From the NCBI RefSeq assembly GCF_009914755.1, contig NC_060936.1: DNA of 64,000 nucleotides; one strand, given 5' to 3'. A program made the position numbers and the translations under genes. Below are positions 11,366-24,200 of this stretch, piece after piece. Positions within the stretch are counted from its first letter, which is position 1; every line of letters starts with the position of its first letter. Under the pieces are notes generated by a model. It saw nothing but the letters and a program-made list of their open reading frames with translations, was not told the DNA's origin and ran no database searches. This stretch comes from the human T2T-CHM13v2.0 reference genome, Homo sapiens.

Positions 11366-14029
11366 AAATAGAAATGGAAGCTCCTTAGCGGGGCTTTGAG
11401 TTTTCATCTTGATGTCACTGGAGCACTATTGCAGAGTTTTAGTCAGGGAACTGACATGAATAATTTTATGTTTTAGGAGGATCCATCTGACACTGTGTGA
11501 AGGATAGATTAGAAAAGGGCTAGATTAGAGTCAAGGAAAGAAGGAAATTGCAGTAATTCATGCAATCAATGACAAAGGCGATAAAAGAGAAAATAAAGAA
11601 GAGATGGTAGATCAAAGAGATGGATAGATGAGGAAGAGGAATCACTTAGCAAGTCCCAGCTTTCTACCTTGGACAGTTAAGTAGATTGTGATGCCAACAT
11701 CGATACAAGAGGAGAAGCATGTTGGAAAGAGAGGGGAGAAAATGGGGCATTAACTTTTGAGTTTGGTGGGCTTGGGGTCTCTGTGAGACATAAAAGTTAA
11801 GGCTTAAAAGAAGGGGGTTGGTCATCTAAGTTGGGTTCAGGAGAAATATCAGGCTATGCAGATTTGAAAGGCATTACTTTTAGACAGGCATTTTTCATGA
11901 AGTCTGTGTAGATGGGTCTCTGAGAAGATGAGAAGATCAAAAACGGTACCCTGGAGTACATCAATAAATAAGGGAAGGCAGAGTGGGAGTAAAGATGGAA
12001 GGTAAGGGGAGGGGGAGTGAGAAAAAAAGCCAGCAGAGAAAGGAGAGACTTAAACAGAAAAAAAGGAGGAGTTGCAAGGAGATAGGGGTCCCCAGTATCA
12101 AATGTCAGAGAGATGTCAGTAAGTTAACAAATTTACACATAAGAAATCACAAATGGCATTAGGAAGGGCAATTATAATGGAAGCACACAGTACAATATTA
12201 ACTCAGTAGGCGACTTTCATTCTCTTCAAGTGTATATGGTGGGAGCTCACCTAACACCACAGCTTTACATCCACTATTTCACATAAGTATATCTCTACCC
12301 ATTTTCAGTAGGCATGTTTCATCTATAACCACTAATTGGTAACATTAATTGTCCATCTTTCCTCTTTTCTGCAGTACAGGCCTATGGTTCACACTAAAAT
12401 TTCTATTTGTTGAGCCAGTCTTAGGACTAAGTATCTGATTTTTGTCAAAAATCACAAAAAAATGTTATGCAACTCTGCTACCTCCTTTCTGCACTCCCTT
12501 CTGACTCTCAAAATCCAAAAAGGCTGTACCTATGCTTCCAGTATTTTCTGTCTGTGACCCAAAAGCAGAGGAATGCTGTGCCAGGGGTGGGCTGCTGAAT
12601 AGCCCTCACTGCTAGAGTGGCTCAATGGGAATCCTCCGATGAAAGGCATGACAGAAAAGGTAGATGTTATTTCTGGAATTATTATGATAAGAGGTGTAAT
12701 GAGAAGCTCACTGCAGGGCCAGATAGGAAGAAAAGGGAGGAGGTGGCAAGGGAAAGAAAAGCTTCCCTGGGCTCTTTGCAAAGAAGCTCTAGGAAAATAT
12801 TTGAAAATGTGTGCATGTTGAGAAGTGGCAGGAAACAGAAGAATGAAAGACCCCAACAATGGTTAACTAATTCTGTTTGCTTGTTTGTATATGAAAAACC
12901 AAAGTGAAAATCTTGACAGGAAGCACATCTTTTAAGAAACCCATTGCTGACTCTGATGGTCTCTGCTTAAACCTTCAGATAATAGCCTTACAGGTTAATG
13001 CCAATGCAATGATATACAGAACAGTCTTAGGACTGGCTCCCCCAAACTGCTGGCTGCCAATGCGTCAAATGGTTCTGTTTCCAACAATTTACTTTCACTG
13101 AGTTCCTGTATACAAAAAGTGCTGACTCTGTTTTTCTTTCATAGATGAAACTGCTAAAAGCCCCAAAGTCCAGTTCTGGCCATCCTGCTGGTGTGTTTTG
13201 CTCTTCTCAGGTGGTATTGTCCAGATAACTCAGGTCCTGGCATCTCTGTTCACCTGTTACAATGGCAATTACAATGAGGAAAAGCTAGATTTGCCTCCAG
13301 TTCTGCAAAGCCCATTCTAAGGTTTCAGAACAGCTCTCAGGGTGAGGATAATATTCTGTCTCAGGTTCTGGCTACTTCACTGAAGGTTTTACAAGCAGGA
13401 GAAACAGGCTTACACCTGTTAGAAAGGACAGGAACCCAGGAGAACAAAAAACAATATTTCAACGGAAGAAATGGAATTGAAAAATGTCAGTCTTCCACAG
13501 CCTTCTCCCTATGAGTAAAAGAAGTGAATTAGTAATTCCCTGAGTTGGGCCAGTGTAACACTTTTGAGAAACCCAGAGAAGTTAAGACTTAGTAGGGTGG
13601 TAGTTGCATATCATTTGGAGAGAATCAACATTCAACCAAAAAACCCACCGAGCACAAGATTACCCAAAGGCATTCAAAAGCCGTAAAATTCTTATACTTC
13701 TTTCCATGTACAAGAAAACCAGTGAGTCAAAAGCCACATCTTTTCAAGCTTGTTCTCCTAACCTACCTCATCCCAGAATAGAACCACCCAGCCCAACCAG
13801 TCATGATGATACTCAAGCCATGCCTAAGGCTAAAGCAAAAATGCTGGCCAGATTCTTGCTGTCAGCAAACATCAAGTATGAGGCTTGAATTTTACAGCGG
13901 TAAGAATTGACTGAGAAGGAAAATGGGCATTAGGACACTTAGAAGCTACTGCAGATTAATCCCCACTGCATCCTCAATAGAATGAGAATGGGACCAGACC
14001 TTTCTCTGTGTTACATTCAGTGGTGCATG

Positions 14030-14292
14030 GGAGGTCAGCATAGTCTCTGGAATTCGACTGCATGGTCCAACGCCTGGCTCTTCCATTGACTAGCTGTGTC
14101 CTTCAGAAAGTCACTAAACCTCTCTGGGCCTCATGTTGTTGGCCTATATTTGTTTTTGTCATATTAAATATTGACTCCATAGCAATGTTGTGAGGATTTG
14201 TATGAGTTAATGTAAGTGATCTGCTTAGAACAGTGCCTGACCTATAAATACTGACATACTGTAGACATATTATAGTGTTAGCTATTACTAAC
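14030..14292 (+). mobile_element. MIR, near full length
   Basis: actagctgtgtcc...aagtcactaaacctctctgggcctca...tgtgaggatt...gcttagaacagtgcctgac. Confidence 0.85.
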
Positions 14293-14872
14293 ACTTTGTT
14301 ATCTGTCAATCAGGGCTCCAGTTGCTTGAGAGAATTGTCTTACAAGAAGGATTGGCTGACACTCCCTAAATTTTCTGATTCCTTACTTTCATTTCCTCTG
14401 CCTTCTGCCTTAGATGGAGTCTGTGCTGTTCCTTACCTCTTTTGAGAAAACTCCACCTCCACTCCCTTCTAGCTTCTCCTGTAGTGTTTTTCTTTACCTT
14501 TCCCTCTCCGTTCTCTTGCTTCTCTACCTGTCAGTTCTCTCCACTCATCTTCCTCAATCTCCTTCCTTGGAGAACAGAATCTAGCACACTGTAGGAACGT
14601 ATTAAAGATTTGTTGAATGAATGGTCAACCAAAGCATGAACATATGATTCAGTTCCTGAATACAATAATAATTTCAAAATATAAAAAGGAAAAAAAGCAT
14701 CACTGTGCCCTATAAATTGTTTCTAATTTTGAAGGAAAAGATTACAGAGAAAGAGACAAATGGTCACACGTAAAACAGTATCTAGGATCACAGAATAAAA
14801 CGAACAAACAAAAAGAGACTGTTTTGCAGTGGGGTAGGGAACACTGGTGGTGTTCTGTGTGCACGTAACCAT

Positions 14873-15140
14873 GACACACCAATGTGCAGGCAGTTCAGCC
14901 TGACTCGAATCACCAACGTTTCTTCCAGGAAGGAGACACAAATAAGTCAACTGCACAAAGCAAAGAGAGTCAAAGGTCTTTCTCTGATCGCTGGTCGCAA
15001 GGTTCTGAAGAAATCTGCTCTAGGTTGTTATTACTGAGAATTTTACTAAATTTTACTAAAAAGGCAGAAGAAAGAGGACAGTGGAAAAATTCAACCTCCC
15101 TTCCAAGCATCCTTCCCAGGAAGGTAGCTGTTAACAAAGA
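14873..15140 (+). repeat. Direct repeat copy B (probable source of 11114-11365)
   Basis: Same alignment; sits in non-repeat sequence and has an internal ttttactaaa tandem duplication. Confidence 0.95.
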
Positions 15141-15299
15141 CCATGGAACCAAGTGACTGAGCTGCCCCATCTAAGAAATGAAGTTCTAAAAATAAGCTAT
15201 TCTTATAACTAATGAATAAATAGATGTCACTAAAAATACGCCATAGTCAGAACACTGGAAAATCTAAAACTGTACTTAAAACTACAGATTGTTTGAACT

Positions 15300-15440
15300 A
15301 GATGGACCATAAGAATTTAATCCAACCCTCTTGTTTTATAGATATGGATGGAAACCGAAGCCCAGGGACATTTTGTGACTTGTCCAAGGTCACCCACTAG
15401 ATGGATGGCAAAGCCAAGACATGATAATCCAAGGGGAAGG
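15300..15440 (-). mobile_element. MIR fragment
   Basis: ggaaaccgaagcccaggga...gtgacttgtccaaggtcac. Confidence 0.75.
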
Positions 15441-16309
15441 GACTCATTTCTTTCTGGGATACTAGGACTCAGAAAACGGATCAATCGCACCAAGTCAAGT
15501 ACAGATGTCCTGCTTGAGTCACACAGCATGGGATTGCCAGAGTAGGGAAGGAGAGCAGGAGAGGGGCCTGGGAGTTGCTTTGCTGCCAGTCAGCTGACTG
15601 ACTGCAAAGAGTCAATAAAAGTTATCTTCAGGATTGAAAAAGTAAGGTGAAGGGGAAGTGGAGCAATAAAACCCACTAGGAAAACCACTTCCTGTCTTGG
15701 AGCACGTGGTTACTGAATGGTGTCCTGGGGAATTGGGGATATTCCAAGAATCAGCTTTTAAGGGCCAAATAGCTTTTCCATGTTCTAAAAGCTGCTAGAG
15801 CTCCCCTTCATGAAGAAGGGCCCAGGTGCTCATCTATTATTAAGCATGTTTAAAAAGGCATTTAAGAGAAAGCACCAGGAGACAGATTTGTAGCTGCAAT
15901 GGGAATCCCAGGAGGGCAGTGCTTGCTTAGAGAAGGAGCAGAGTTCATGTTAGCGATATGGGAAGAGCCAACACAAGCAGGTGTTTGGTGTTCCCTGACA
16001 CCTGTTGGTGTGCTCTTCAGCAGTTCACTAAAAAGTGAGTGATGCAGAAGGCAAAGCCAACAAATGCCAGATCTTCCTACTATCAATACAACACGTTCAG
16101 ACCAATAAGCTATGACCAAGATTTGCCCCTTGTGTTGGGGGGCAGGGAAGAGGGGAGTACAGAGGGGCAGAAATTTAAAAATCATGGGATAAATACATGA
16201 ATCTAAATAGATAATGGACAGAGATTAGATATTTCATATATTTTAATAGTAGATAAATGGTTAGTTTATACGATTTAATATATTTATGACATCATTCACA
16301 GCATATTGT

Positions 16310-16880
<571 letters not shown>

Positions 16881-17379
16881 ATCGTTACATAAAAGAGAAA
16901 TGAAAACAAAACAGGATTCCTCAGATTCTGAAAAAGAGATCCTCATAATTAGATGGAATACATTTAAGACCACGGTTTAAGGTATTTTCCTTCTTTAGGA
17001 TCTTACACTTAAAAGAGTCTTTTAAGCGGCCAATAATTCAGCTGGAGAATAAAAACATAGATTTTGAAGAGCACAGATCCATCACTGAAGAACAATAAGA
17101 ATTTATATTTGGGTAAAAATATTTGTGTCCATCTATTCCTTAAATTGTCAAGAAAAACCCTAATGCCTGAGTTTTAAACAATGAGTAAAAGAACAGAGCT
17201 ACATTGTTCTGTGATTGCCTGGCATGGTCTGTTTTTGATGGGGTGGGGTCTTGTGAAGCATTTCTTCCCAATGATGCATGAATGAGAACCACCGAGAAGT
17301 CAGGCTTCATCCCCTCCTCTCCTCCTTAAAGTCCCCTGCCTTCACCTTGCTGTCAGGCTGTCCTGGCTCTACCAACCTC

Positions 17380-18930
17380 TTGGGTGGTGACTACTTCTCC
17401 CTTTCCTTTGCTGATTCCACTCTCTCCTCTTACCCTGTACCCACCCAGAGGCATGTCCTGTAGCCCATGTCCTTGGTCCTCTTCCCTCTCCTTCTGTTCT
17501 CGTTAGAAACTCATCTTCTCACTAGCCTTCAATTATCCCCTCCGTGGAGAACATCCCTCAGTCTGCATTCTTAGTGGTATCTTCACACCAGAACCACAAA
17601 TTGACATTTCTACTTCCCTCCTGACTCAACAGTAACTCAGAATTAGAAATCCTAAAATTGAACCCATGAAACTGCTTCCCCGTCACTAATTTTGTTCCTT
17701 GTTTTGATGTCCCAGTGTCCCATAAATGTCCCATTTCCTGAAGTTCAATTCTTCAGTGGTCATTGTCTCATCTTTCCCAGTAGGTTACAGATTTATTCCA
17801 CCTCTGCCATCACTCTCGCAGCCACCTCTGCTCCATGATTGTCCACATTCATTCAGGCCCAAGATGACTGCGGCATTCCTGCAGGCACCTAAGTTCCTAC
17901 ACCCCATCACAGCTGCTGGATGAATTTTTTGAAGAGAAGTCATAATCACATCACTCTCCCACTCACAAACATTTCATGGCTTCCGATTGCTTCTTGAGTT
18001 AATTCAAACTATCTTTGCTTCTAATGCTCTTTAAGCTCAATCTTTACTTAAAGATGTCTCTCTACCCCCTTATTTGTACCTATCACCTAGACAATTTTTT
18101 TAAAAAAAAACTCTTATTCAATAAACAAATATTGTACTTCACCTGTTACTCCCTCTGCCTGAAATATCATCCTCACTTCCAATATTACTCACCTCTAAAA
18201 CCTTCCCTATCATTTAAAGCCTATCAATAAAATCATGTTCTTCTCAAAACCCTTCCTGATTCCCTTAACCAGATATGTAATTTCTTTTTATAAGCCCCTT
18301 TGTCTTATCATTTATTAGTTATCTATTGCTGTGTAAAAAGTTATAAAACTTAGTGGTATAAAGCACAAATATTGATTATCCCACAGTTTCTGTCGGTCAG
18401 CTTCCAGACACGCTTTAGCTGGGTCCTGTGGCTCAGGGCTGTATACAGGGCTGTATGGCAGCGGGCAGGCCCCAGTCCTCATCTGTTGCTACTCAGGGAC
18501 ATCAGTTCCTTGTCACTTGGGCAGGGTTGCTCACAGCGAGGTGGCTGGCTTCCCTTAGAGCAAGGGATGCAAGAGAGAGGGCCCCAATACAGAAGCTAGT
18601 CCTTTCATGTGCACATCTCAAAACTGACATCTCATCACTTCACTATTCTCTTCCAAATAATCAAGTTGCTAAATTTAGCCCATAACTGGGGGAGAGGACC
18701 ACACACAGGCATGAATAACACGAAGTACAATCTTTGGGGGTCATCTTAGCGGCTGCCTACCACATCATATTCTTCCCTGCATCATACCTGTGTGATTTTC
18801 TTAACCCCTCTGTTAAAAGGGTACATTTCTTGAGAACAGGGTGTCTATTTACCTTTATATTTTCCTCTTAGCACCCAGCACAGAGTCCTTCATAGAAGAG
18901 CCCTTCAGTTTAGGTTTGTTGAATTGAACT
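17380..18930 (+). mobile_element. L2 (interrupted by MLT1F)
   Basis: Pyrimidine-rich L2 body ending in the tail gtttgttgaattgaactgaa. Confidence 0.7.
18311..18764 (-). mobile_element. MLT1F-type MaLR solo LTR
   Basis: tattagttatctattgctgtgtaa...aaaacttagtgg...ggctgcctaccaca. Confidence 0.8.
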
Positions 18931-19947
18931 GAAGCTAACTGATTGATAAAAGTGCTAACTCTGGATACAGGCAGCAAAAGCAATGCCTCCTTCTCGTGGA
19001 CTTTGAGAATCTGCTTTCACATGAAAAGCAGAAACACCACTGGGGATCAGAGAAGAAGAGGTTCACTAGAGCTTTGTGGAGTAGAAAAATGCTATATGGT
19101 CAATGTTGTTCTATGAATATTAGGAAATTCCATTCTGAGATGAAGTGTTTCTAACTTCTGGGGTGGGATGAAGGGATCTAAAATCGCCAAAAAGAGACTA
19201 AGCACTTCCTTTGCATCCTTATTTAGCACTTGCACAATATAAAGATACACGTGTAATTATTGTCATTATTAACTTCCCTTCGCTTCTAGCCAGACTGTTC
19301 AAAGCCTCTTGAGTACGGCTCTTCTGCTTTGACAACTTCAACCTCATCTTTTCTTGACTCTGCTTTTCCTCCTCTCTCTCCACAGTTTAATCAGTATAGC
19401 ATGACTTAAAATCATCAAGCTTTCTCTCTACACTTTTAGACTATATCACTCTGTTTTTAATTGCTGTCAGTTTTCCATTCTTACATTTAAGATGCAACAT
19501 TCTGGCCCTGCCTTCATTTCTAATTTCAGTTTTTCCTATATTCACATGTTTCATTTACCCAGCCCCTTTCCTTCATTCTCCTAGTCCTCTAGCTGAGCTT
19601 TTTCTCTGTTGAAGCCTTCCTTTCTTTGCTAGGTAAATGCCCTTGGATCACTCCAATTCTCTGTAAAGCTCATGCCTGTGAAGCCATTCCGGGTGTTCCT
19701 TCAGTTAGGATTATTTGTTACTCTGCCAAGAAAAAAGACAAATGCACACTCCTCATGTGCCTAAAACCTTTAAATGCATTAAAAGTCGATATTTCTGTAT
19801 TTCATTGTCTGACAAACAGAAAACCCCCTTCAGACAAGTAGTGCCTTTTGCCTTCTACACTTCCAGGGTACATCTGGAGATTCCGTGCAACACAGAACTG
19901 TAATTGCTCCGTGTGCTTGCATTTCCAAGGCAGTGCTCAGAATTCGC

Positions 19948-19981
19948 AGCTGCCCCCTAGAGACTCCAAGGTAAACTGCAG
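19948..19981 (-). promoter_or_regulatory. Candidate CTCF site with upstream (ZF9-11) motif
   Basis: Minus strand cTGCAGtttaccttgGAGTCTCTAGGGGGCAGC: core CTAGGGGGCAG plus TGCAG at the canonical spacing. Confidence 0.55.
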
Positions 19982-20107
19982 GAGCAATCAAAAGGCTGTG
20001 TCAGCTCCATAAATGCCCAATCCCTTAATCCTAAATCTACCCATTTCTAAGGTATCCATTTTAGATTTTAAGCAGGGAATGACTCTTTTTCGAACTCATC
20101 CGTGTTC

Positions 20108-20410
20108 TAGGAGTTGCAAACTCCAGTGTCTGCAGGGGCTAGGTAGATAATTAATGAAAGAGGTGGGACACTTGCAGGGGGCTGAGATGAACTGGACAGC
20201 ATGTATTCCAACCAAAGGCGGCCCCGCAGAATGTGAACGCAGTGTTGCCCATCTTCTGATTTTTCAGGAAATCCAGAATCTGGAGTTCTATGGGAATCTG
20301 AATTTTTAAATTTTAGAAACCAATTTAATCTTTAAATATACCTTTTAGGCCGTATAGAACATGTCGATGGCCCAAAAGTAGTCTGTTGACTGCCAGTTTA
20401 TGACCTTTCC
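20108..20410. mobile_element. MER102-type hAT-Charlie element
   Basis: taggagttgcaaactccagtgtctgcaggggctaggtagataa...gccagtttatgacct. Confidence 0.75.
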
Positions 20411-20919
20411 TATACACCCTCACCAGGTCCCATGTTGTGTCACATTCGATGGTACAGGGTCAACTGGAGACAAGGAAGTGAAGTAATTTCCGTAACAGCT
20501 GTGAAAGAAAGCCAAAAGATGCCATGCTCACTTAGAACAGTAGGCTAGAGTAGGTAACTCACTAAATGCAGTTCTTATTAAACAATGAAGGTTAATGCTT
20601 CTTGATTTTTTGGAAAAATCAAGCATAAATATTGTAATGTTCATAGCCTGATGTGACAGATTATATAAATCCATACCCATTCTCTAAAATCTAGCAGCGA
20701 GAAAAAAATGGGAGATAAAATACTACTCATATTTCTCCTGTGGCCTCAAAGTGGGCCTGTAGCCTCAACACAGAATCTGTATACAATTTAGGCAGAGGAC
20801 TTGTGGACATAATTTGGAAAGTTCTTACATAAGTTGCTAGTGAAATTTCTTATGACAGCTGCTGAACATACTCTGAAGAAATTTAACTAGCAACTTATTT
20901 AAAATGATAAATCTATCAA

Positions 20920-21175
20920 AAGCCCCTTTGAGACTGGCCTTAAGAGTCTGACAGCCACTGCACCCTGTCTTACCACCTTAAGCGTATATGGCACTATCTG
21001 AAATGATCATATGTATTGATTTGTTTATATGTTTGTTGTCTGGCCCCACTCACCAAGACACAGGCTCCTTGAGGAAGGGAACTTGTTGGTCTTGTTCAAT
21101 ACTGTTTCCCCAGCACCTAGAATAGTGCCCAGCCCTTAGTAGGGGCTCGGGAAAATATTCGCCAAATGCATAAAC
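20920..21175 (+). mobile_element. L2 3' end
   Basis: gctccttgaggaagggaacttg...ccccagcacctagaatagtgcccagc. Confidence 0.85.
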
Positions 21176-21467
21176 CCAATCGGCCTCGTGTCAGGGAATG
21201 TCTTGAGCAACTACATGAAGATATCAGGTAATTAAGAATCTTCTGGAGTGAGTAGGGCAGGCTTTAACTTTTTCTTACTGGGCTACTGGCTCTGTCCTCC
21301 ACTTTATGAAAGGATAAAGATTCAGTTTTATTATAAAATTAATGGCTGGAAAATAAAATGAGAACAGAGAACAATGACAGAGTGGCAGCCTTAAATATCT
21401 ATTAAGCAGATACTTCTCCTTGTGAAAAGGAAATGTCTGTGATCAGCGGCCCTTATGTTTTATAGGT

Positions 21468-21594
21468 CAAAACTCAGATTACTGGGCCTCATCCCTAGAG
21501 CTTCTGGTGTAGAAGCTGAGAATCTGTACTTCTAGTAGGTTCCCCGGTGATGCTAATGCTGTTGGTCCAGGGGCCACACTTTGAGAACCTCTGA
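21468..21594. mobile_element. MER5A fragment
   Basis: gagaatctgtacttctagtaggttccccggtgatgctaatgctgttggtccaggggccacactttgagaacctctg. Confidence 0.85.
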
Positions 21595-22344
21595 TGTAAA
21601 CTGTGAAACGCTATTCAGTTGTCTGTTGTTAAGACCATTCACCACTCCCCTCACCTACCATTTCACCGCCATCCCCTTTATGTTCAACTATGACTAACCA
21701 TGACTATGGGCATGTCTTTTGACATTAAACCACTTTCCCTTGCAGAAGGAATTTTTTTTAATGGTTATGAGCTAATCTATCTGCTGCAGAATAAGGAAGA
21801 CATAAAGGGAAAATTGGCAATTCTTTAAGATCAACCACAACATGGTGGTTTATTACAGTGAAACAACACCCAAGTAGATCAAATAGCACAAGGACACACT
21901 ATAAGGTTTCATAAACTGTGATTATTGCTTAATGTGTTTTGGTTGTAATTTAATGGTTACTGAGAACCCACAATGTGCTATATCAAAACTGAGGGGTTTC
22001 TAATTGCCTGATTTCTGAGTGATAGGCCCAGCATGGGCTGCTGTGCTATGCTGTAGACTTTGTCAGTATTTTATTATTAATTAAGACTCACCTTTTAAAA
22101 ATCCCTGTGCAAAAAGTCATTTTAGAATGAAGGAAAAAAGCTTGCTCATTTCAAATTTATAACTAGGCACATCAAAAATCTATATACTGTTTTCTAGTTT
22201 CTTCCTGTTAGTGACTAAGGCCAAAACCCAACTAGTTTGTGTGTGTCTTTGTGTAGTTAAGTATGGTCAATTTTTCCATTTTCCTGTTTTCTAGAATCTA
22301 ATTTCATTTGTATTATCATTGGTTTAAAATGTGTTCAAGTAAAA

Positions 22345-22510
22345 TGATAGTGAACACGAGAGTAGCACTTGCTACATGTCAGATATTGTGCTAAGAATTT
22401 TACATGAATTATAATTTTAGTTTTAACAAAATTAAAACTTTACAGTTTGAGGTAGGTGCTATTATAATCCCCATTTTACAGATGAAGAAACAAAGGCACA
22501 GAAAGGGGGA
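22345..22510 (-). mobile_element. MIR
   Basis: gaggtaggtgctattataatccccattttacagatgaagaaacaaaggcacaga. Confidence 0.85.
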
Positions 22511-22817
22511 ATAATATTTATTTAAATTTATTTAGATAAATCACTGCACTGGGCAGAGGTGACCAAAATATGGTTTCTCTTGGTTTTTGAACTGTGTGTC
22601 AAAAGACAAGTTCAAGAATCCAAGGTCAAGAGAAAAGCATAAGACAGGGCTTAAGGCATAAAAGCACAAGAGGTGCTGGAGAATAGTTAGTTGCAATTAT
22701 TGGGCATGGAGGCTGAATGCAGAGAGGTGAGGAGGGAAAAGGAAGGGAAGGTGGGTCAACCTCAAACACCATGATTTTGGGGCTGGGGTGGGGGAGAAGA
22801 ACACTTTGCCCTGTGGA

Positions 22818-23090
22818 AATGTTTCCCAAATTTCATTCATTCAAGTAGTACTGTAACAATTTTGCCACATCTGTATACCACCTATACTAATTTTTGAAAT
22901 AATCTTTAAGAATATATGTATCAAAAAATTCGTATCATTACTATAAATGTAAGTTGTGCCACTTCCCAAAAGTAGAAGATAACTATAAAAATAGATGATT
23001 ATTTAAACAAAAAAATACTCATCCCTTCTGAATTAACTCAAATACTACAGTTGAAATTCACAGCCACATGTGAGGAAACACTGATGCAGC
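22818..23090. mobile_element. MER113-like hAT-Charlie fragment
   Basis: atgtttcccaaatttcattcatt...ttttgccacatctgtataccacctatacta. Confidence 0.5.
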
Positions 23091-23603
23091 AATGATGAAT
23101 TTGAAGATCAGTGTTCTTATTGTTGAATTTTATTCCTACTTTTTCTTTCTTATACTTTTTTTTAACTTAATTGAGTTTAATTTATCTCATTTTATGTAAG
23201 ATCTCAAAACTCCTCTCCCTTAGCTAGTTGAGTTCATAAAATATTTGGTTGCTTGTGTTTCAAATAAAGCAGTTAAATTTTCATGTTACTGTCCCACTAA
23301 GGTTTAAGAGCTGTTTTTGTAGGTCAGCTATTTTAAATTCCCCTCAGTGTTTTGACATTTCTCTGCACCTCCAACAGATGTCTGATCAATGGGGCTGCAG
23401 GGATACGGTGCCACTGCCATGATGGTTGATTTTAGAAAAGCTTTTAATTCAGAAGATGACTATTTCCTCGAAAATCCCTTCCATGCAATGAGGACCTAGA
23501 CAGCTGTTTCTGTAGGTAGTTATGGCCTTTGTAATTCAAAGAAACATGTTCTTTCCTCACAGTTTGAGGAGATAGGTTCTGAGTTCCTAACTGAAAAGAG
23601 AGG

Positions 23604-23655
<52 letters not shown>

Positions 23656-23656
23656 G
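23604..23656. repeat. Interrupted (TG)n microsatellite; (CA)n in GRIN2B pre-mRNA
   Basis: Direct reading. Confidence 0.97.
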
Positions 23657-24019
23657 ATAACAGGAATTATAAGTATAGAAAGATACAAGAAAGCTTTCTC
23701 CCCCCTTTATCTTTCTTTCCCTCTCTCCTTTCCTTCCTTTCTTCCTTCTATTTTTGCTAATCACAGAAAAATGTTACACTGAAATAGCCAGTCACAGTCT
23801 GGGCTAACCAGCCTCCACACCTCCAGCTCCACCCCAGATGCTGGACCATTTCTTAACATGTAGTTTTAAAACTCAAGTAGCAGGGTCTGCACATTTCTAT
23901 AGTGTGACTTGTCCTCTTGTCTATGAATTTATCCCCATTGACATTGCTACATTTGGATCCCATTAGTCTAGTTGTACTCTTATACTCCATGTATTGAGGC
24001 AAAAAGCACACTGGACACA

Positions 24020-24200
24020 AACGGAGCTGGATGTAAATGTCTACACCCAGCTCTGCCACTCCTTAGCTATGTGACTTTGGGAAAATCATGTGACCTCTGA
24101 TCCTCAATTTACTTACATGTACAAGTATTTCTCAACATTTTAATAGGAATCAAAATGGGATCATATATGCTAAATTTGTCCATTAATAACATTGCTAATA
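24020..24200 (+). mobile_element. MIR
   Basis: cccagctctgccactccttagctatgtgactttgggaaaatca. Confidence 0.8.

Larger units (their letters stand above)
10415..12200 (-). mobile_element. L2 element interrupted by local duplications
   Basis: Reversed L2 tail (ttcatccatttaacatttaatgagcatttactgtg) followed by purine-rich L2 body to about 12.2 kb. Confidence 0.75.

Noticed and set aside
14970-15060. LRR-like peptide ILSNNNLEQIS / ILSNNNLEQLS in both duplicated copies
   Set aside because: Single short motif, stops follow in both copies, wrong phase for the host intron, no other LRR exons.
18867-18888. RE1/NRSE-like cttagcacccagcacagagtcc in L2 tail
   Set aside because: Mismatches in both half-sites (GCACAG for GGACAG).
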